A program made the position numbers and the translations under genes. Positions 39,938 to 45,705 of a stretch of 53,656 bases of DNA are shown here, one piece after another. Position 1 is the first letter of the stretch, and every line of letters begins with the position of its first letter. The stretch lies in assembly GCA_947458785.1 (NCBI GenBank), contig CANGZU010000003.1, positions 1 through 53,656 of the forward strand, read 5' to 3'. Source of the DNA: Ignavibacteria bacterium (lineage in GTDB: Bacteria; Bacteroidota; Ignavibacteria; Kapaibacteriales; Kapaibacteriaceae). Below the pieces are notes generated by a model. It was not told where the DNA came from, searched no databases, and saw nothing but the letters and a program-made list of their open reading frames with translations.

Positions 39938-39945
39938 TATCTTTG
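39938..39945 (+). promoter_or_regulatory. FCB-type -7 box TATCTTTG upstream of queA
   Basis: The 11-mer TATCTTTGCAG is identical to the one before tRNA-Thr. It lies 34 nt upstream of the queA ATG, and the -33 element is weak. Confidence 0.4.
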
Positions 39946-39979
39946 CAGTCTTTCCTCAATACTGTGAAGGCCACCGGCC

Positions 39980-41026
39980 ATGAAATTGTCTGAATTCAAG
40001 TTTTCAGTACCCAAGAATTCAATTGCAAAACTACCTGCAACTCCAAGAGATAGCGCGAAGATGATGGTTCTCAATCGTGAGACAGGTGAGATCGAGGACA
40101 AGGAGTTCAAGGACATCCTGCAGTATATGAAGGCAGGTGATGTGATCGTTGTCAATGACACGAAGGTTTTTCCGGCACGGCTATTCGGTAAGAAGGAAAA
40201 AACGAACGCAAAGATCGAGGTCATGCTTCTGCGCGAGCTCAAAGCTCAGGAGCGCATTTGGGATGTGCTCGTTGAGCCGGCTCGTAAGGTGCGTATCGGT
40301 AACAAAATCTACTTCGACAACAATAAGTTTTATTGCGAGATCATCGACAACACGACCTCAAGAGGTCGTACAGTGCGGTTTTCGTACGATGGCGACCTTC
40401 ACGAGGTAATCGAAACGATTGGCCAAATGCCGATTCCCGAATACATCAAGCGGGAGCCTACAGAGCAGGACAAGCAAGACTATCAGTGCGTCTTTGCCAA
40501 TCCGGGCAAGGTCGGTTCAATTGCACCGCCAACGGCTGGACTGCACTTCTCAGAAAAGCTACTCAAGGCTGCCGAAAAGAAGGGTGTAAAGATCGCAACA
40601 GTGCAGCTCAACATCGGACAGGGCATCTTTGAAACGATCGAAGTGGAAGATCTTACCAAGCACCGGATGTACAGCGAGTATTTTGAGATCACAAAGGATT
40701 CGGCTGATGTGATCAACAAGGCCCTCAAGTCGAAGCGTAACGTATATGCAGTGGGTTGCAGCGTCGTGCGTGCCCTGGAGTCAAGTGTGCTCACCAGCGG
40801 CATTGTTAAGCCGAACAAGGGATGGACAGATAAGTTCATCCATCCACCATACGAATTCAAGATCGCCAATCGATTCATCACGAATTTCCACCAACCAGCA
40901 TCGCCGTCGTTGCTTGTAGCAACGGCCTATGCTGGAGGCAAGGATCCGATGTTCAAGGCCTACAAGCGTGCTATGAAGAGTGGATACAGGCTCTTTGCCT
41001 ACGGTGACGCGCTGATGATCATTTAA
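39980..41026 (+). CDS. queA: S-adenosylmethionine:tRNA ribosyltransferase-isomerase
   Basis: 348 aa. Diagnostic segments are MKLSEFKFSVPKNSIAKLPATPRDSAKMMVL, VNDTKVFPARL, and the C-terminal NFHQPASPSLLV. Confidence 0.95.
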   Translation: MKLSEFKFSVPKNSIAKLPATPRDSAKMMVLNRETGEIEDKEFKDILQYMKAGDVIVVNDTKVFPARLFGKKEKTNAKIEVMLLRELKAQERIWDVLVEPARKVRIGNKIYFDNNKFYCEIIDNTTSRGRTVRFSYDGDLHEVIETIGQMPIPEYIKREPTEQDKQDYQCVFANPGKVGSIAPPTAGLHFSEKLLKAAEKKGVKIATVQLNIGQGIFETIEVEDLTKHRMYSEYFEITKDSADVINKALKSKRNVYAVGCSVVRALESSVLTSGIVKPNKGWTDKFIHPPYEFKIANRFITNFHQPASPSLLVATAYAGGKDPMFKAYKRAMKSGYRLFAYGDALMII

Positions 41027-41041
41027 CGCAAGGACATCAAC

Positions 41042-42541
41042 ATGACGACCTATGACAATTTGCTTCGGGTTATGAACACCGTGGCAGACCTCGGTGCGGC
41101 CGGGGCCCTGCTTGGCTGGGATCAAGAAACCTATATGCCGGATGGCTCGGTGATGGGTCGTGCCAACCAGATGGCTACAATTTCAGCGTTGATCCATCAT
41201 CACGTCACGTGTGCCGAGACTCGCGAACTTGCCTCAGAGATACGTGATCAGCTTGATGGTCTTGCAGATGAGCAAAAGCGCATCGTTCGCACGTTCATCC
41301 GAGACCATGAAATGGCAGTGAAGCTACCTGTCGAATTGGTGGAAGATATGTCTCGTACGGCAGCCATGGCACAGGATGCATGGAAGCGTGCTCGTGCGGC
41401 ATCTGACTTTACCATTTTTCAGCCTCTGCTTGAGAAAACGGTCGAGCTGAAGCGTCGTGAAGCTTCCTTGCTAGGGCAGGCAGCACATCCATATGACAAC
41501 CTGCTGGACCAGTACGAGCCGGGTTTAACCGTCGACATCATTACACCGGTGTTTGATCGCTTGCGTAAGGGAACCGTTGAGCTCCTTGCGTCGGTTTCTG
41601 CGGCGCAGGGCTCTGTCTCTGACTCAGCGCTCTACCGCACGTACGATAAAGATTCACAACTCGCTCTCGCAACCGAAATCATCGCTAAACTAGGTTTTGA
41701 CTTTGCGACTGGCAGAGTTGATTTATCTGCCCATCCTTTCTGCACAAACTTTGGCAAGCATGATGTGCGCCTGACAACCCGTGTTCGTGAAAACGATCTT
41801 CGCTCATGTCTGTTCGGTCTCGTGCACGAGGCTGGACATGGGATGTATGAGCAGGGAATAGGAGAGGCGTTTGAACGCACTCCGGCAGGTCAAGGCGCTA
41901 GCATGGGTATTCACGAATCGCAGTCATTGTTTTGGGAGAACGTGATCGCCAGAAGTGAGGAGTTTTGGCAGTGGGCCTTCCCACGTCTGCAACAGGTGTT
42001 TCCAGAACAGGTTGCAGGGTTAACGGCTCGTGACTTCTACCGAGCAATCAATAAGATGCAGCCTTCACTGAATCGTGTGGAAAGCGATGAGCTGACCTAC
42101 AATCTCCACATCATCCTACGATTTGAAATCGAACGTGACCTGATCGCTGGAGTGCTTGAAGTGGCAGATGTTCCGCGTGTGTGGAACGAAAAGATGCAGG
42201 CTTCACTCGGCGTTGTGCCGCCCAATGACGCGGAAGGGTGCTTGCAGGATGTGCACTGGTCGTTTGGAGGCATAGGCTACTTCCCGAGCTATACCCTTGG
42301 TAAGCTCTATGCTGCTATGGAATGGAACGCAATGCAGAAGGATATTCCGGATGTTAGGGAGCAGATTCGCAGTGGTGAGTTTGCGCAGATTCTCTCATGG
42401 CTGCGTGAGCAGATTCACACGGTCGGCCGGTCAGAAACACCTGCAGAAATCGTACAACGCGTATGTGGACGCCCCCTAACGGAAACCGATTTCCTGGCCT
42501 ATGTCGGAGCGAAGGCTCAGGATGTCTACGAACTCGATTGA
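41042..42541 (+). CDS. Carboxypeptidase, M32 (Taq) family
   Basis: It has the HEAGHGMYEQG zinc motif, HESQSLFWEN, and the later DVHWS and GYFPSYTLG motifs. Confidence 0.93.
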   Translation: MTTYDNLLRVMNTVADLGAAGALLGWDQETYMPDGSVMGRANQMATISALIHHHVTCAETRELASEIRDQLDGLADEQKRIVRTFIRDHEMAVKLPVELVEDMSRTAAMAQDAWKRARAASDFTIFQPLLEKTVELKRREASLLGQAAHPYDNLLDQYEPGLTVDIITPVFDRLRKGTVELLASVSAAQGSVSDSALYRTYDKDSQLALATEIIAKLGFDFATGRVDLSAHPFCTNFGKHDVRLTTRVRENDLRSCLFGLVHEAGHGMYEQGIGEAFERTPAGQGASMGIHESQSLFWENVIARSEEFWQWAFPRLQQVFPEQVAGLTARDFYRAINKMQPSLNRVESDELTYNLHIILRFEIERDLIAGVLEVADVPRVWNEKMQASLGVVPPNDAEGCLQDVHWSFGGIGYFPSYTLGKLYAAMEWNAMQKDIPDVREQIRSGEFAQILSWLREQIHTVGRSETPAEIVQRVCGRPLTETDFLAYVGAKAQDVYELD

Positions 42542-43214
42542 GTTTGGGAGTCGCGTTGCAGACTTTCTGACGCGGTTAACGATTGAAGTGCCTCTTCCCG
42601 AAGGGATCGAGGTGCTTCAACCATACAATGACCCGGAAGTTTGCAGAGTCGTGCATGCAATGTGTGCTGCATACTATTCAGGGCACAAGCCACGAGTTGG
42701 TGTATGGGGCATTAATCCCGGTCGTTTTGGTGCAGGCGTCACGGGGCTTTCGTTCACAGATCCATTCGCAGTGCAGAACCTCCTCGGGATAGAAACTTCG
42801 ATCGCGGGGCGACGTGAGATTTCCGCTGAGTTTGTTCAACAGGTCATTGAGGCCTACGGCGGACCACATTCATTTTATGCGGACTTCTATCTCTCGGCAA
42901 TGTCGCCGCTTGGGTTTGTTGCTGACGCGAAAAACGTGAACTTCTATGACACACCCGAGCTACAGTCGGCACTAACGCCAATGATACAGAAATGGGTCTC
43001 ATCGCAACACCAGTTCGGTCTGCGGAGCGACACGACAGTCATTCTCGGAACTGGCAAACTGCAGTCGTTTGTTGAGCAAAGTGTTCGCACGCAGTGTTCA
43101 TTCGGTAACGTGATCTACCTGGAACATCCGCGCTACATCATGCAGTATCGAAGGAAACACCGTGATGCATACGTCGAGAAGTACATCAACGCACTCCGCA
43201 GCACTCAACAATGA
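42522..43214 (+). CDS. Uracil-DNA glycosylase superfamily protein, SMUG-like (DUF4918-type)
   Basis: VWGINPGRFGAGVTGLSFTDP resembles SMUG1 motif 1 (GMNPGPFGMAQTGVPF), and LEHPRY resembles motif 2. The start is ambiguous (42501 or 42522), and either overlaps the M32 gene 3' end. Confidence 0.55.
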   Translation: MSTNSIEFGSRVADFLTRLTIEVPLPEGIEVLQPYNDPEVCRVVHAMCAAYYSGHKPRVGVWGINPGRFGAGVTGLSFTDPFAVQNLLGIETSIAGRREISAEFVQQVIEAYGGPHSFYADFYLSAMSPLGFVADAKNVNFYDTPELQSALTPMIQKWVSSQHQFGLRSDTTVILGTGKLQSFVEQSVRTQCSFGNVIYLEHPRYIMQYRRKHRDAYVEKYINALRSTQQ

Positions 43215-43255
43215 CGAGGCAGCGTCGAAGGCTTGTGCCAAATCGTTGACATACC

Positions 43256-43263
43256 TATCTTTG
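43256..43263 (+). promoter_or_regulatory. FCB-type -7 box TATCTTTG for tRNA-Thr
   Basis: cTTG (43232-43235) is followed by N20 and then TATCTTTGCAG. The box ends 9 nt before the tRNA 5' end. Confidence 0.5.
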
Positions 43264-43272
43264 CAGCCACTC

Positions 43273-43348
43273 GCCAATGTAGCTCAGCTGGTAGAGCAGC
43301 TCATTCGTAATGAGCAGGTCACCGGTTCAAGTCCGGTCATTGGCTCCA
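43273..43348 (+). tRNA. tRNA-Thr (anticodon CGT), CCA encoded
   Basis: The hand-folded cloverleaf is fully paired: GCCAATG TA GCTC AGCTGGTA GAGC A GCTCA TTCGTAA TGAGC AGGTC ACCGG TTCAAGT CCGGT CATTGGC T CCA. Confidence 0.92.
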
Positions 43349-43350
43349 AC

Positions 43351-43389
43351 ACGCCGCTCACGCGATTTGCATGAGCGGCGTAATTTTTA
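43351..43389 (+). terminator. Intrinsic terminator-like hairpin after tRNA-Thr
   Basis: A perfect 10-bp GC-rich stem pairs ACGCCGCTCA (43351-60) with TGAGCGGCGT (43372-81). The loop is 11 nt and the stem is followed by AATTTTTA. Confidence 0.65.
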
Positions 43390-43394
43390 CTGTT

Positions 43395-43784
43395 ATGCCT
43401 CGAGCACTCCTAACCCTCTGTGCGCTTACCCTCATGATGCTGTTGTCTGCATCATGTTCCCGTCAGACCGACTTCGGTGACCCCATCGATGATGAGCAGA
43501 CGATATCTTCGGTCAGTCAGGCGCGGGAGATTCCTAATCGTGGACGCACCCTGATCGTGCGTGGTACAATCAAGGAAGTCTGTCAAGATGAAGGATGCTG
43601 GTTTGCGCTTGTTGACGAGCGCAGCGAGATCATCACACGGTTCACCAACAATGGCATAGGCATACCTGTGATTTCTCAGGGAACCGTCCTAGTCAAAGGA
43701 GTTGTTCGCGATACCGTGATCGGCAATACGCATGTACCAGAACTCCACGCCCGGGGCGTGAAGTTCGTAACTTCGCAACCATGA
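43395..43784 (+). CDS. Small lipoprotein, tentatively DUF4920-like, first gene of the ccm cluster
   Basis: Starting at 43395 gives MPRALLTLCALTLMMLLSASC, a lipobox. The conserved-looking core is VRGTIKEVCQDEGCWFALVD. Its stop overlaps the ccmC start (ATGA). The listed ATG at 43371 lies inside the terminator hairpin. Confidence 0.55.
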   Translation: MPRALLTLCALTLMMLLSASCSRQTDFGDPIDDEQTISSVSQAREIPNRGRTLIVRGTIKEVCQDEGCWFALVDERSEIITRFTNNGIGIPVISQGTVLVKGVVRDTVIGNTHVPELHARGVKFVTSQP

Positions 43785-44812
43785 AATACGCGTTGATGCT
43801 CGGGGGGGTTCTCCTGGGAGTTGTGTTGGGATTTTTACCGAGAGGCTCATGGAAGCAAAAGCCTCTTTGGTGGCGTTTTGTCACGGTCGCTGCCGTAGTG
43901 CTCACGATCATCTTTGGCATCATGCCGCCCATCGCTGGCAATATGCGTGATGTTGTAACGCAGAGTCGCATCGACAGCACAAAGGTCGTGCCGGCTCTTG
44001 TGCGCTGGGATTCGAGCACAGGGACACTTACTGACGCCCGAGCAACAAACATCGTCGTGGGTGTCTCAGACTCTTCACGCATTCCTCTTGCTGACATGCC
44101 TGCTTCTGTTGATCTCGTGCTTGGGCTTCGCAGGGCAGGAAGCGATGCGATGGTTGATGTCGTGAGTGTGATCGAAGTTGATCCAGCCATCACGTTACCG
44201 TACATCATCGGCTTGGAAGAACGTGCTCGGATCATCTTCTTCCACGTCCCAATGTCGTGGGTTGCGATCATAGCATATCTGATCTCGATGGTCTTCGCCA
44301 TCCGTTACATCCGAAGCAGACAGATAGAACTCGACGAGGTCTCAGCCTCTGCAGCATCGGTGGGAACATTGTTCACGATCCTAGCAACGGTGACTGGTTC
44401 AGTGTGGGCAAAGTTCAATTGGGGATCATTCTGGAATTGGGATCCACGTGAGTCATCGATTTTCATTCTCCTGTTGATCTACGCGGCGTATTTCCTGCTT
44501 CGCTCAGCTATTGAAGACCCTGAAAAGCGTGCCAGACTTTCTGCCGTATACTCGGTCATCGCCTTTCTTACTGCGCCGTTTTTGATGTTCATCTTGCCTC
44601 GTCTTGTTCCTGGACTACATCCAGGCAGTGCTGATGACACGAATGCAGGCCCCTTACTGAGCCCAAAATCATCTGACATCAATCTCACGAAACAGATCGT
44701 GTTTGGCCTTGCGCTGTTTGCATTCACCATGGTCTATTTCTGGCTGATGAATTTGCATGTACGAATAACGCGATTGACACGTCAACGCTCGCAAACGGAG
44801 AATGGAATATGA
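43781..44812 (+). CDS. ccmC: Heme exporter/handling protein CcmC with N-terminal extension
   Basis: It has the WWD motif WAKFNWGSFWNWDPRESS, a first His in RIIFFHVPMSW and a second His in PGLHPG. At 343 aa it is longer than the ~245 aa typical protein. Confidence 0.85.
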   Translation: MKYALMLGGVLLGVVLGFLPRGSWKQKPLWWRFVTVAAVVLTIIFGIMPPIAGNMRDVVTQSRIDSTKVVPALVRWDSSTGTLTDARATNIVVGVSDSSRIPLADMPASVDLVLGLRRAGSDAMVDVVSVIEVDPAITLPYIIGLEERARIIFFHVPMSWVAIIAYLISMVFAIRYIRSRQIELDEVSASAASVGTLFTILATVTGSVWAKFNWGSFWNWDPRESSIFILLLIYAAYFLLRSAIEDPEKRARLSAVYSVIAFLTAPFLMFILPRLVPGLHPGSADDTNAGPLLSPKSSDINLTKQIVFGLALFAFTMVYFWLMNLHVRITRLTRQRSQTENGI

Positions 44813-44934
44813 TGCAGTTTCTGACAGAACATCCCATGTATGTTGTGCTGGCAACATCGCTGCTGATTTGGATAGGCATCGCGTTTTATGTCCAGCGCAT
44901 TGACGCGCGTTTACACAACCTCGAGTCAGAGTAA
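44809..44934 (+). CDS. ccmD: CcmD-like small membrane protein (41 aa, not in ORF track)
   Basis: My translation is MMQFLTEHPMYVVLATSLLIWIGIAFYVQRIDARLHNLESE*. It has a single TM followed by a basic/amphipathic tail. The start overlaps the ccmC stop (ATGA), and its position between ccmC and ccmE is canonical. Confidence 0.65.
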   Translation: MMQFLTEHPMYVVLATSLLIWIGIAFYVQRIDARLHNLESE

Positions 44935-44944
44935 GGGGCTTATC

Positions 44945-45355
44945 GTGACAAGGTCGACAAAGAAACTTCTAATCGGTGGCACAGCGATTGCAGTTCTGGC
45001 CTATGTAGGAATATCGGCATTGGGATCTAGCTCGATCGAGTACACAAACGTTCAACGTGCCGAGCAGCTCGGCAAGACTGTGCAGATCGTCGGAACCTGG
45101 GTCAAAGAAGGCGGTTCGTCGTATGACCCCCAGAACAACATCTTTCGCTTTACCATGAAAGACGAGTCGGGCAAGAGTGTACCCGTTGAGCTCACTGGAG
45201 CCAAGCCCAACAACTTTGAGATTGCCGTTAGCGTTGTTGCTAAAGGTCGCATGGAGAATGGTACGTTCAAGGCTTCCATGGTCCTGACAAAGTGTCCGTC
45301 GAAGTATGAAGGACAACCTGCTGACCAGCACCCAACAGGCGCTGCATCATCATGA
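44945..45355 (+). CDS. ccmE: Cytochrome c maturation heme chaperone CcmE, CxxxY variant
   Basis: The order is an N-terminal TM anchor, an OB-fold core (VQIVGTWV...FRFTMKDESGKSVPVELTGAKPNNF), then VLTKCPSKYE where the E. coli protein has VLAKHDENY. I chose the in-frame GTG at 44945, which avoids overlap with ccmD. Confidence 0.85.
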   Translation: MTRSTKKLLIGGTAIAVLAYVGISALGSSSIEYTNVQRAEQLGKTVQIVGTWVKEGGSSYDPQNNIFRFTMKDESGKSVPVELTGAKPNNFEIAVSVVAKGRMENGTFKASMVLTKCPSKYEGQPADQHPTGAASS

Positions 45356-45705
45356 TTCGCAAGATCCTCATCCTCGGCTCGCTGGTGATTGTGCCAATTG
45401 CTGTGTGGTATGCCAGCCAGTACGGCCAACCCGACAGCGTTACGTTTAATGAGGCTATTGAGCGCGCTACTACGTCATCAGAATCTGAACAGGCACCAAA
45501 GGTTGTTATTGATGCAAGAATTGTTGCCTGTGAATCAGATCACGACCTCCAGTGTCAAGATGCACGCGGCACGGTCTTTCGTGTAGAGTACACAGGTTCT
45601 GCACCAACCACACCATTCACAGCTGGACAGCAGCACCGTCTGCTCGGCCACGTCCATGACGGTGCATCACCATACTTTCACGCAACTCAACGGTTTGATC
45701 CATGA
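45352..45705 (+). CDS. CcmE-like OB-fold membrane-anchored protein lacking the heme-attachment tail
   Basis: It has an N-terminal TM (ILILGSLVIVPIAVWY). The core RGTVFRVEYTGSAPTTPFTAGQQHRLLGHV parallels E. coli CcmE [28 protein letters not shown]. The protein stops just before the H/CxxxY position. ATGA overlaps occur at both ends. Confidence 0.65.
   Translation: MIRKILILGSLVIVPIAVWYASQYGQPDSVTFNEAIERATTSSESEQAPKVVIDARIVACESDHDLQCQDARGTVFRVEYTGSAPTTPFTAGQQHRLLGHVHDGASPYFHATQRFDP

Noticed and set aside
43693-44301. A 202-aa ORF on the minus strand, the longest unexplained ORF in the track.
   Set aside because: It is entirely antisense to the lipoprotein and ccmC genes, which have clear family motifs. 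The translation is Ser/Thr/Arg-rich with no recognisable motif, as expected for the antisense frame of a coding region.
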